Shown here: positions 29,521 through 38,166 of the stretch, piece after piece | How positions within the stretch are numbered: position 1 is the first letter of the stretch | Layout: each line of letters begins with the position of its first letter | Source: a virus | Lineage: Duplodnaviria > Caudoviricetes | Length of the DNA stretch: 60,769 nucleotides | Strand: one strand, 5' to 3' | Virus record (IMG/VR): IMGVR_UViG_3300009182_004229 | Location: 1-60,769 of that record | Position numbers and translations under genes: made by a program | Notes under the pieces: generated by a model | Told to the model about the DNA's origin: nothing | The model's database searches: none | Seen by the model: only the letters and a program-made list of their open reading frames with translations

Positions 29521-30992
29521 TAACCTGGGGCATATCAGCTGGTGGACATGACGCGGCCATCGCTGTGCTCAAGCAGGGCGAGATAGCATTTGCCGCACAT
29601 GCGGAGCGCTATAGCAGGCACAAGAACGATCCGCATATCTGTTGGCCGCTCATACGCCAAGCATTCGCACACGGTGAACCAGACCAGATCATATGGCATG
29701 AAAAACCATGGTTGCTGCACACTCGTGCCATATACGCTGGACAATGGTCAGAAGCATTTAGCGCCAGTCCGCGCCAGCAGCTGCGTGGTAACTTCTTGGA
29801 GCACACACCTATCCGCACAGTAAGCCATCATCACAGCCATGCTGCTGGCGGATACTACACCAGTGGTTTCAGGGACGCTGCTATCGTTGTGGTAGATGCT
29901 GTGGGTGAATGGGACACTCTCAGCATCTGGGAAGGCCACTGGGACCAGCTGCGCAAGCGTGCCAGCATCAGATATCCCAACAGCCTCGGACTGTTCTACT
30001 CAGCCATGACACAGCGCTGTGGGTTCAAACCCAACGAAGAGGAATACATCATGATGGGCCTAGCGGCGCTGGGTGATCCTCAGAGGCTAGAGCAGCAGAT
30101 CTGTGATGACATAATAGAAGTCACCACTGACTGGCCCTTCTTCAGATTGCGACGCAATCTGCACAGAGGTTGCCAATGGTGGTTGCCCGGAGAAAACAAT
30201 ACAGCAGACATAGCCGCTGCGGCGCAGAACATATTCACCAAGATCATGATCAGTATCTGTGCGCATGCTCGCGACCTAGTGGGCAGCAACAATCTAGTGT
30301 TCAGCGGGGGCAGTGCCCTGAACTGCGTGACCAACAGTGCGTTGACCCACAGCAATATCTGGGACCGCATCTGGATCATGCCCAATCCCGGCGATGCTGG
30401 TAACAGCATTGGTGCTGCTCTAGCATACCACGGTGAGCACATCAAGTGGCAGGGTCCCTATCTTGGACATGACATACCAGGTGACTATCCTGTGCATAGG
30501 ACGCTGGCAGTGCTGGGACTGGGACAGATAGTGGGTGTGGCCAATGGTCGCGCAGAGTTTGGACCAAGAGCGCTGGGCAATCGCAGCCTCTTTGGTGATC
30601 CCAGAGATCCTGACATCAAGGACAAGATGAACACGGCCAAGCAGCGCGAAGCATTCAGACCGTTCGCTCCTGTGATACTGGAAGAACTGGCTGGCAGCTA
30701 TTTTGACGTGCTGGGCCAGGATCACAGCTACATGCAGTACACTGTGCGCTGCAAGGACCCTGACATCTATCCTGGTATAGTGCATGTGGATGGTACCAGC
30801 AGGCTACAGACGGTGGGAAGAGCGCAGCATCCAAGTCTCTGGGAGCTGTTGGTGCGTTGGTACAACAGCACAGGATGTCCCATGCTGGTCAACACTAGCC
30901 TCAACATCAAGGGGCAGCCCTTGGTTAACACCGAAGCTGATGCTGAAGCTTTCACGGCTGCTTATGGAATCCCTGTGTTCTGCAGGGACTAG
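29517..30992 (+). CDS. Carbamoyltransferase (NodU/CmcH family)
   Basis: HDAA, ERYSRHK, HHHSHAA, EFGPRALGNRS, FRPFAP, NTSLN. Confidence 0.93.
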   Translation: MITWGISAGGHDAAIAVLKQGEIAFAAHAERYSRHKNDPHICWPLIRQAFAHGEPDQIIWHEKPWLLHTRAIYAGQWSEAFSASPRQQLRGNFLEHTPIRTVSHHHSHAAGGYYTSGFRDAAIVVVDAVGEWDTLSIWEGHWDQLRKRASIRYPNSLGLFYSAMTQRCGFKPNEEEYIMMGLAALGDPQRLEQQICDDIIEVTTDWPFFRLRRNLHRGCQWWLPGENNTADIAAAAQNIFTKIMISICAHARDLVGSNNLVFSGGSALNCVTNSALTHSNIWDRIWIMPNPGDAGNSIGAALAYHGEHIKWQGPYLGHDIPGDYPVHRTLAVLGLGQIVGVANGRAEFGPRALGNRSLFGDPRDPDIKDKMNTAKQREAFRPFAPVILEELAGSYFDVLGQDHSYMQYTVRCKDPDIYPGIVHVDGTSRLQTVGRAQHPSLWELLVRWYNSTGCPMLVNTSLNIKGQPLVNTEADAEAFTAAYGIPVFCRD

Positions 30993-31723
30993 CCCATCTT
31001 GGCTATCTTTTCCTGGCCTCTGGTCCAGGCTGTGATGCCCAGTATGGCGCCAAATGCCAGATGAATCAATCCACCGTTGGCCAGCGTGAGGCTCTGCCAC
31101 TGTGTGTAGGTTATGGCGGTGGCACCGAGATTCTTGAGAAACACGGGCATTGCCATGGTCAGCATGGGTGCTATCACGAAATCAAAGGCACAGATCAGCA
31201 TGTAGAGCCAACCCATGGCAGGACGCCAATAGCTCTTCATCCAATGTTCGCCTTCCTTTTGGCTATTGCGCTCTTCTTCTTCTCTGAGCTGTTGTTCACG
31301 GAAGTCCTCTTTGCGGATCTCCATGTACATGCTATGCTTGGCACGGTCGCTGTCCAGCTGGAACTTGGCTTCTTCCAAAGACATCTTGCGTGATACGATG
31401 TCACTGTTGATGTCGCTGATGGCAGAAAGGTCAGCACCTGTGCTGCTCATGGGAGGAGCAGGTGTTGCGCTGTAGCTGTTGCTGGGTGTCATGGTTATCG
31501 TGGTCGAACCGTTGGGTTCGGTGGTCACGCTGGCAGAGGCGGCCGCAGTTGTTTGGTTAGTGTCTGATGGCACCGTGGTTGCTGCTGCGGGCTGCTGAGC
31601 TGCTGGTTGGCTGGCTGGCACATGCAGCGAATCATCATTGGCACTGTCTATGACAACACCATCCACTGCCTTGGGAGGTGGTGCAGCATCTGCGTTTTGT
31701 TTAGGATCCAGCCTCTTGATCAT
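30989..31723 (-). CDS. Putative holin (3TM/GTA-holin-like C-terminus) with long low-complexity N-terminus
   Basis: WRPAMGWLY..FDFVIAP..HLAFGAILGITAWTRGQEK; downstream of the spanin pair. Confidence 0.65.
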   Translation of the reverse strand: MIKRLDPKQNADAAPPPKAVDGVVIDSANDDSLHVPASQPAAQQPAAATTVPSDTNQTTAAASASVTTEPNGSTTITMTPSNSYSATPAPPMSSTGADLSAISDINSDIVSRKMSLEEAKFQLDSDRAKHSMYMEIRKEDFREQQLREEEERNSQKEGEHWMKSYWRPAMGWLYMLICAFDFVIAPMLTMAMPVFLKNLGATAITYTQWQSLTLANGGLIHLAFGAILGITAWTRGQEKIAKMG

Positions 31724-31724
31724 G

Positions 31725-31753
31725 AAATACCCCTGGTTCGTCAGGGGTATTTA
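31725..31753 (-). promoter_or_regulatory. TAAATA box overlapping an 11-bp hairpin that covers the holin RBS
   Basis: Minus strand reads T-AAATACCCCTG-ACGAAC-CAGGGGTATTT-C-ATG. Confidence 0.75.
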
Positions 31754-31763
31754 TTTTGTCAGG

Positions 31764-32141
31764 TCATTGTTGCGTCTGCGTTACATCTCTGGGCGCAGTG
31801 GCCTTCTTGTAGTAGGCTATGATCCTCTGCTGCTGCACGATATAGCGCTTGAGCTCCTGTATGTTGAGGCTCAGGGATTCATAGTCGCGGGTGCTCAAGG
31901 CAATGAACACTGGATTGTCAGTGCCTTGGTCCTTCTTGGCCTGCTTGATGAAGTCGTCTATGTTGCTGGCAGTGAGAACCTTGCTGGTGACCTTGAGCAT
32001 GTCCACCGGCTGTGGATCGATTGGCTGTATGATGCCGATCTCCACAGGCTTGGCAGTGACCTGCAGTGTCTGTGGCATGCTGGAGCATGCGGCCAATGGC
32101 AGCACCAATGCTGCCATGGCCAGCTTGATCTTACTTGGCAT
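31764..32141 (-). CDS. o-spanin-like lipoprotein
   Basis: Lipobox LPLAAC; overlaps the end of the upstream TM/coiled-coil gene. Confidence 0.7.
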   Translation of the reverse strand: MPSKIKLAMAALVLPLAACSSMPQTLQVTAKPVEIGIIQPIDPQPVDMLKVTSKVLTASNIDDFIKQAKKDQGTDNPVFIALSTRDYESLSLNIQELKRYIVQQQRIIAYYKKATAPRDVTQTQQ

Positions 32142-32553
32142 TCTTGGCTCCTGTGTTTGTTGGCAGCTGTTCTGTGAGTCCTGTGGTCTTTTCTAGATCA
32201 TCAAAGGCACGCTGCGTGGCCCTGTTGATCTTTTCTTCCAGCAGCTTGGCATCCTTGCGGCCCATGCCTGCTATGTCCTTGTTGCGGAACTTAGATTCCA
32301 GATCCATGCGGTCCTGCGTGGCCTTGTTGAGACCGTCCTGCAGCTCGTTGATCTGTTTGGCCTGCTGCTCATCATGGTCCTTCATGACCTTGATGGTCTC
32401 TTCGTTGGTCTGCACTGCCACCGTGAGCTTGGCGTTGTTTTCCTGCAGTATGGCCATGCGTGCCTGCTGATCTTCATAATACCAATAGCCTAAACCACAT
32501 ACCACGGCCAATATCAGGGCCATGACTGCTGCTAATTTCATCCCGATACCCAT
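32131..32553 (-). CDS. i-spanin-like protein
   Basis: Single N-terminal TM helix followed by a long coiled coil. Confidence 0.7.
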   Translation of the reverse strand: MGIGMKLAAVMALILAVVCGLGYWYYEDQQARMAILQENNAKLTVAVQTNEETIKVMKDHDEQQAKQINELQDGLNKATQDRMDLESKFRNKDIAGMGRKDAKLLEEKINRATQRAFDDLEKTTGLTEQLPTNTGAKNAK

Positions 32554-32562
32554 GATCTTCTC

Positions 32563-32676
32563 CTAAAGCATGTCTTGGACCAACAGCAGCATCAGCCGCA
32601 CCTGCTCAGCAGCGGTCATGTCTTCCACGTCCACGCTGCTGGTCTGCACCATTGTGTTGCTGTCTTGCTGTTCCAT
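32563..32676 (-). CDS. 37-aa hypothetical protein
   Basis: MEQQDSNT...VQDML; TAAATA box 5 nt upstream. Confidence 0.5.
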   Translation of the reverse strand: MEQQDSNTMVQTSSVDVEDMTAAEQVRLMLLLVQDML

Positions 32677-32681
32677 CACAC

Positions 32682-32687
32682 TATTTA
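32682..32687 (-). promoter_or_regulatory. TAAATA late-promoter-like box heading the lysis cassette
   Basis: TATTTA on the plus strand, intergenic. Confidence 0.6.
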
Positions 32688-32743
32688 ATTGTTTGATCAT
32701 GGCACTGCGATGACATAATTTGCGCAGAGGATAGGAGATTAAC

Positions 32744-33322
32744 GTGACGCTAGATGACATGTTTGCGCTGCTGGACAAGCGACGCCCGGGTTTTGAGCTG
32801 CTGTACCACAAGGTCAAGAACACCAAGAACCCACTGATAGTGGAGACTGGCTGCACTCGCCAGCCTGACAACTGGTTCGGCGATGGCCAGAGCACGCAGG
32901 TGTTCAATACCATGTGTGAGCTCCACGAAGGCACGCTGAATAGCGTGGACATAGACGACAAAGCAGCTGGCTTTGCTCGCACCCTGGTAGGCGCGAGAGC
33001 TCACATCTACTGTGGTGACAGCGTGGCGTGGCTCCAGGAAGCCGAGACCATGTATGGCAAGATAGGTCGCAAGATAGACGTGCTCTATCTGGACAGCTAT
33101 GACTTGGACATCGCAAACTGGGCGCCCAGCGCACTGCATCACATCTTTGAGCTGCTGGCCATCAAGAACGCCCTGCAGCCAGGATCGCTGGTAGCAGTGG
33201 ACGATAACCTCATCATGGAAGATGGTAACCACGTGGGCAAGGGCACGTTCGTGGCCAATTGGATGGCTCGCACAGGCAAGAAACAGATCTACCAAGGGTA
33301 CCAGTGGATCTGGGAATGGTGA
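32744..33322 (+). CDS. Class I SAM-dependent methyltransferase
   Basis: IVETG, SVDID, GDSV, IDVLYLDS, AVDD; AGGAG RBS. Confidence 0.75.
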   Translation: MTLDDMFALLDKRRPGFELLYHKVKNTKNPLIVETGCTRQPDNWFGDGQSTQVFNTMCELHEGTLNSVDIDDKAAGFARTLVGARAHIYCGDSVAWLQEAETMYGKIGRKIDVLYLDSYDLDIANWAPSALHHIFELLAIKNALQPGSLVAVDDNLIMEDGNHVGKGTFVANWMARTGKKQIYQGYQWIWEW

Positions 33323-33323
33323 A

Positions 33324-33545
33324 CTAGACCGCAGCAGTCTCAAAATCCACGTCTATGTGGCGTGGATAGGGGCTGCGATCGTTGTAGATGTCACCGGCCA
33401 TGGCCTGTAGATCCAACACCAAGTTATCGATCAAAACATGATCCTGCTTATCTGCAGGCGTGTCGTATTTGAGCCTGTGCAGTCTCAGCGACAGATCATA
33501 CATCGCACTGACCTTGCGCGTCAGGTCGCTAATCTTATGGTACAT
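33324..33545 (-). CDS. Hypothetical protein
   Basis: 73 aa, AGGAG RBS, TAAATA at 33580-33585 (minus). Confidence 0.65.
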   Translation of the reverse strand: MYHKISDLTRKVSAMYDLSLRLHRLKYDTPADKQDHVLIDNLVLDLQAMAGDIYNDRSPYPRHIDVDFETAAV

Positions 33546-33612
33546 GCTATTCTCCTAATATGAACAGTATATTAACAACTATTTAAGCTGCCAATATGTT
33601 CCAGAGAATATA

Positions 33613-34500
33613 TCACTCGTAGCTGAACAGCTTCTCCGGGAGATACTTGAGGTGTTCCTTGATGCGCTGTTCTGCGATGTCGCAGTAGTGCTGGCTCATG
33701 TCGATGCCCATGAACACTCGACCTTCCTGCAGCGCGCCTATGCCGGTGCTGCCTGAACCGTTGAAGGGATCCAGCACCAGGCCACCCTCGGGGCTATAGA
33801 TCCTGCAGAGATAGCGCATGAGATCGATGGGCTTGGGCGTGGGATGATCGTTGTATTCCCCACGCTCCTTGCGGTTCACACGCGGTGCGTAGAAGTATTT
33901 CTGATGCGAGGGGTCATCAAAGTGGCCCACGATGTTGCTGGGATAGCGACCGTTTGGATTGGCATCTTCTGTTTCAATCACTGCCTGATCAGCTGCCTTG
34001 GCCACGTCCCCGCCAAAGGCCCTGCGCTTGCTACCACCCTTGACCCAGCCAGTGGGAGGCTTGCCGTCCCAGGGCACACGAGCGTTCGCTGTGTTTATGC
34101 GGCCGCAACCCCACTTCTCCATGTTCTTGTCAATGGAGCCTTCCAAGGGTTTTTGTGCCACGAAGATGGGTTCATGTGCGGGCTTGAGCCTGTTGGTCTT
34201 GGCCATCTTGGTAGTGACCATCCAAAAGATCATGTCTAATGGACGGAAGCCTGCATCTTCCACGTTCACTGCCATCCTGTGATAGAACTCCGGAGCACAG
34301 AAGCTGAGCACGAACGCACCAGGCTTGAGCACGCGATACACAGCATCCCAGGTCTCGCGAGGCGGCACGTTGTGATCCCAGCCAACACCAGCGATGTCCA
34401 TGCCATAGGGCGGATCAGTGATGCAGGCATCAAACGTGTTGGGTTCCATGGCGTTCATGGCAGTGATGTTGTTGTCGCAGATGATCTTATATGGCTGCAT
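33613..34500 (-). CDS. N4-C/N6-A DNA methyltransferase (beta class)
   Basis: TDPPY precedes HPTPKP and DPFNGSGSTG. Confidence 0.92.
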   Translation of the reverse strand: MQPYKIICDNNITAMNAMEPNTFDACITDPPYGMDIAGVGWDHNVPPRETWDAVYRVLKPGAFVLSFCAPEFYHRMAVNVEDAGFRPLDMIFWMVTTKMAKTNRLKPAHEPIFVAQKPLEGSIDKNMEKWGCGRINTANARVPWDGKPPTGWVKGGSKRRAFGGDVAKAADQAVIETEDANPNGRYPSNIVGHFDDPSHQKYFYAPRVNRKERGEYNDHPTPKPIDLMRYLCRIYSPEGGLVLDPFNGSGSTGIGALQEGRVFMGIDMSQHYCDIAEQRIKEHLKYLPEKLFSYE

Positions 34501-35170
34501 ATGCTAACACGTTGCTTTCGCAACGCTCCCTGTCTGCGTGTGTGAAATAATTGTTGAATTTCTCGCCGCCGTCTTGGAAGAATTGTTGTCTTACTTTAAC
34601 CACGAATCCTCGTTTGTACAAGTCAACAGCTGCGCGATCTTTGGCAGATTCGGACATGACCTGTCTGGCGGCGGCCACCGCATTGTGCAGGATATCTCGA
34701 GTAGCCTGAGTGATCACATCTCGGCCCATGAACACCGTGGTTTCATCCCTGTCTCCACTGCTGAGCACGTAGATAGCATCAGCCTTGGGCAAGCTGTCAT
34801 TCCACATGGGACAGGTTCCTTCTTTGCCGCTCTTGCATTCTATCACTACCAATCTGCCATTGGTATCTCGCAGCACGATGTCTGGAAAGCTTTGGCTACC
34901 AGCTGGCTGCAACACAAATTCACAGGGAGCCAGGCCACTGAGTTTTGATTCCACATCTGAAATATCGTCTTGATCCAGCCATAGCTTGAAGTGCTTCTTG
35001 GCCAATCCTTGGAAAGCTTTCACAGATCTCTCTGTGAATCCACAGGCCACTAGCACGTCTGCCACGGCTCGTTCATGCCCATAGCTGGCGCCGCCGCTGC
35101 GAGCATGTTGGTTTTTGAAGTATTTCATAGCCAATATCTGTGCCATGGCATTGCCAAATCGAGCGCACAT
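34487..35170 (-). CDS. PD-(D/E)xK endonuclease, restriction-enzyme-like
   Basis: QPAGSQSFPDIVL...VIECKS; overlaps the MTase start; GAGGA RBS. Confidence 0.65.
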   Translation of the reverse strand: MCARFGNAMAQILAMKYFKNQHARSGGASYGHERAVADVLVACGFTERSVKAFQGLAKKHFKLWLDQDDISDVESKLSGLAPCEFVLQPAGSQSFPDIVLRDTNGRLVVIECKSGKEGTCPMWNDSLPKADAIYVLSSGDRDETTVFMGRDVITQATRDILHNAVAAARQVMSESAKDRAAVDLYKRGFVVKVRQQFFQDGGEKFNNYFTHADRERCESNVLAYAAI

Positions 35171-35191
35171 GTAAAATCCTCAGTTTCACTA

Positions 35192-35220
35192 AAGCTAGCA
35201 TGATTAGAATGATCTGTCAA
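35192..35220 (-). promoter_or_regulatory. Promoter TTGACA-N12-CATGC-TAGCTT
   Basis: Recurrent motif upstream of the nuclease-MTase pair. Confidence 0.7.
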
Positions 35221-35225
35221 CACCA

Positions 35226-35231
35226 TAAATA
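35226..35231 (+). promoter_or_regulatory. TAAATA(TC) late-promoter-like box
   Basis: 4 nt before ATG at 35236. Confidence 0.65.
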
Positions 35232-35235
35232 TCGC

Positions 35236-35811
35236 ATGCGTCACACAGCCAAGCACAGTATAGAGGTCAAGACCCAGGAAAAGCTACCACAGGGGGTGGC
35301 TGGACTATGGGCAAGAACCGTGCGAGATCACGGGCCTCCGGGCATCATCGCAGCAGCTCAGCTGATGAACGGACGCGACAGTGTGTGGAGCAGGCTATGG
35401 TGCGAACAGGGCAACACCGGCTATCACTACATAGTGCCACTGGGACGTGACCTCGAAGAAAGCGAAGCAGATGCCATAGCCCAGGGCTGGAGTGATGCCT
35501 ATCCAGACGGTGATTTCGTGATAAACTGGACGCAACGAGCTGTGGCAGAAAACAGGGTCTTGGAACAACAGACAGATCTGCTCGCCGAGATAGCAGAAGC
35601 AGCTGCCAAGCAATACCACAACACATGGCATGCTGCCAAGGTCAACGAGGGCTGGAGCTTTGCTCACAAGCTGGATGGCAAGAACCGCAGGCATCCCATG
35701 CTGCAGCCCTGGGAAAACCTCCCAGAATCATACAGAGTGACAGAACGCGAAAGATTCCATACACTGTTGAAGGTGCTGGAAGGGTTGGACCTCCAGATCA
35801 CCAGGAGGTAG
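35236..35811 (+). CDS. RyR-domain-containing protein
   Basis: AKQYHNTW..KVNEGW..HPMLQPWENLP matches the RyR repeat pattern. Confidence 0.7.
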   Translation: MRHTAKHSIEVKTQEKLPQGVAGLWARTVRDHGPPGIIAAAQLMNGRDSVWSRLWCEQGNTGYHYIVPLGRDLEESEADAIAQGWSDAYPDGDFVINWTQRAVAENRVLEQQTDLLAEIAEAAAKQYHNTWHAAKVNEGWSFAHKLDGKNRRHPMLQPWENLPESYRVTERERFHTLLKVLEGLDLQITRR

Positions 35812-35813
35812 GC

Positions 35814-36323
35814 ATGGATCTCAGGGAAGCAGTCAAAGACATACATCACGCTGCGGAGCGTACCAAATGGTCACAGATGATGATCAGCGGCGACATGCGC
35901 TTGGAACAGTACGCAGCCATGCTTTATAACATGCACCCTATCTACACCGAGTTAGAGTGCACAGGTCTGATCACCAAACCCCAGGTGCTGCGTGCTGACA
36001 GGGTACAGGCTGATCTGGATTCTGTTGGTGGCACCAACCATGGTCTCTGTCTCAGCACGGTATACTACGTGAGGCACTTGGAAACGCTAGACGACCGTGA
36101 TCGCTGGGCACACATCTATGTGCACTATCTAGGCAACATGTACGGTGGGCAGATGATCGGCCGCCGCTTGCCGGGTCAGCACAGCCACTTGCTGTTCGAA
36201 GATCTGGATGGCTGCATTGCCTATGTGCGCAGCAACCTACAGGACGTTCGCACAGACACAGCCGTGAGCGCGTTTGAATGGACCATCAAGGTGTATGATG
36301 AACTGCATAACCTATTTGGATGA
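35814..36323 (+). CDS. hemO: Heme oxygenase (HemO-like)
   Basis: LREAVKDIHHAAE (proximal His) and AHIYVHYLGNMYGGQMI; AGGAGG RBS. Confidence 0.88.
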   Translation: MDLREAVKDIHHAAERTKWSQMMISGDMRLEQYAAMLYNMHPIYTELECTGLITKPQVLRADRVQADLDSVGGTNHGLCLSTVYYVRHLETLDDRDRWAHIYVHYLGNMYGGQMIGRRLPGQHSHLLFEDLDGCIAYVRSNLQDVRTDTAVSAFEWTIKVYDELHNLFG

Positions 36324-36933
36324 GCTGGCACAGCGATTCTGCGAGGTCATAGCAGCGCAGCCCAGAGCACAGTCGGTGACAACCAAGGACTATGGTTGGG
36401 CCAACCATCGATGGACCAGCCCACAGTTCCGCATGGCACACGTAGAAATCTTCAACAGAGACCGCTTCATGGTTGTACACTGCTGCGTGTTCCCCCACTA
36501 CAGCGACACCAGTCCCATATTTGGTTTTGATGCCATCGCAGGTGAATCCAAGATCACCGGACTGTTCTGGGACCTCAGTCCCACGGTGAGACCAACTAAA
36601 CCATTCAATCCCATTGAAGGCTTGGTCAACAGAGAACGACCTGAATGGGGTAACATCTTCAGTGAGCACTGGGTAGCATGCAGGCCAACTCTGGCTCAGC
36701 TCACAGAGATAGGCGCAGCTGCTGTGGCCTGCTTGGCTGACTATCTTCCCAGTCTTGGACAGCTGAGGCATGTCAGAGAACCAATCATCGCAGCACAGGA
36801 TATGTACTGCTTGCAGCAGAGAAAGAACGAACACACCATGAGAGCCATCACCAACCTGCTGGGTCCAGATCTGGCCCAAGAGTTCGTGACCACGGTGCTG
36901 TTCCCAACTTCAGAGGACCAACCACATGGTTAG
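36295..36933 (+). CDS. pcyX: Ferredoxin-dependent bilin reductase (PcyX/PcyA-like)
   Basis: FRMAHVE, HCCVFP, PIFGFD, DLSP, RPEWGNIFS, YCLQQRKNEHT; follows heme oxygenase. Confidence 0.8.
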   Translation: MMNCITYLDELAQRFCEVIAAQPRAQSVTTKDYGWANHRWTSPQFRMAHVEIFNRDRFMVVHCCVFPHYSDTSPIFGFDAIAGESKITGLFWDLSPTVRPTKPFNPIEGLVNRERPEWGNIFSEHWVACRPTLAQLTEIGAAAVACLADYLPSLGQLRHVREPIIAAQDMYCLQQRKNEHTMRAITNLLGPDLAQEFVTTVLFPTSEDQPHG

Positions 36934-38107
36934 CTTGAGAGAGCAGTATCCCGCATACATGAACAACACGGACATCACAGCCCTGATAGACCTTGCTCGT
37001 CTCATACCGTCGGGCGGCACTGCCGTGGAGATAGGCAGCCGATTTGGTGGCAGCGCCAAGGCAATGCTGGATCATGCCAAGGATCTCCAGGCCCTGTGGT
37101 GCTTTGAGCCCGAATGGAAGGGTCAGGTCACGCCAGACCTCGGCACGCCAGTCAACTATCTGCTGCACAAATCATGGCATGCTGAGATCATGCGCAGCCA
37201 CAGCGTGCATGACTACGCTGCGCAGCTGCTGGCCCCTTATCCCAACGTGCATCTGATCAGCCAGAGCAGCCCCCAAGAGACTGGTTGGTGGCAGTCACCC
37301 ATCGATCTGTTGTTCGAGGACAGCACGCACCAGGACCCACAGCTGCGGCAGTGCTTGGACTTCTGGGAACCATTCGTCAAGCCTGGTGGCATCATAGCAG
37401 GGCATGACTATCATCCAGGTTGGCCTGACGTGCAGAAGCAGGCTGATGCGCTGGCCCGGAGGCTGGGCAACCCGTTGTACGTGCAGGGCACGGTATGGTG
37501 GGTGCAGAAACCATGGCCGCCTCGGCCCTACAGCGCTTACATGGGCGCTGGCGGTGTGGAGGCCATGAAGCAGCTGGCAAGCCTGCTGCCCGCTGATGCC
37601 ATCTGCGCGGAGATAGGCAGCAAGTTCGGTGGCAGCGCCCTGATCATGCTCACGCATGCCCAGAGCATCAAGCGCTTCTACTGCATCGATCAGAGCTGGG
37701 TCAATCCCAGGCTCAGGGACGACAAGAAGCGCCACCTTGCAGGCGACAATCGCTACAGCAGGGACTGGTTCCACCAGGTGGAGAAACGCATCACAGCGTT
37801 TGACTATGCCAAGGGTTTGCTGGCAGCGCATGCCAACGCGCGGCTGCTACCAGGCGCCAGCCCAGACGATTTCACCTGGTGGCAGGAGCCACTGGACTTC
37901 GTGTTCGAGGACGCTTGGCACCGCAATCCAAACCTGCGAGAAAACTTGGACTTTTGGTCCGCCAGGGTCAAGAGCGGCGGCATCATAGCGGGCCATGACC
38001 ACGACAGCGACAACCCAGACGTGCTGGCCGAGACGGCTGCGCTAGCGGACTGGCTGGGTGCTGAGCTGCGCAGCAGCAGCGGTGTTTGGTGGATGATCAA
38101 GCCCTAG
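36926..38107 (+). CDS. Tandem two-domain class I methyltransferase
   Basis: EIGS[RK]FGGSA..D[LF][LV]FED..VK[PS]GGIIAGHD..WW occurs twice. Confidence 0.8.
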   Translation: MVSLREQYPAYMNNTDITALIDLARLIPSGGTAVEIGSRFGGSAKAMLDHAKDLQALWCFEPEWKGQVTPDLGTPVNYLLHKSWHAEIMRSHSVHDYAAQLLAPYPNVHLISQSSPQETGWWQSPIDLLFEDSTHQDPQLRQCLDFWEPFVKPGGIIAGHDYHPGWPDVQKQADALARRLGNPLYVQGTVWWVQKPWPPRPYSAYMGAGGVEAMKQLASLLPADAICAEIGSKFGGSALIMLTHAQSIKRFYCIDQSWVNPRLRDDKKRHLAGDNRYSRDWFHQVEKRITAFDYAKGLLAAHANARLLPGASPDDFTWWQEPLDFVFEDAWHRNPNLRENLDFWSARVKSGGIIAGHDHDSDNPDVLAETAALADWLGAELRSSSGVWWMIKP

Positions 38108-38114
38108 ATTTCGG

Positions 38115-38142
38115 TTGACAAGCAGCCAAAGCATGCTAGTGT
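38115..38142 (+). promoter_or_regulatory. Promoter TTGACA-N11-CATGC-TAGTGT
   Basis: Recurrent motif upstream of the ligase. Confidence 0.7.
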
Positions 38143-38166
38143 AGGCTATCACAGAGGAGATCCCGC

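Noticed and set aside
30989-32676. Endolysin within the lysis cassette
   Set aside because: No lysozyme, amidase or peptidase motif here; it presumably lies elsewhere in the genome
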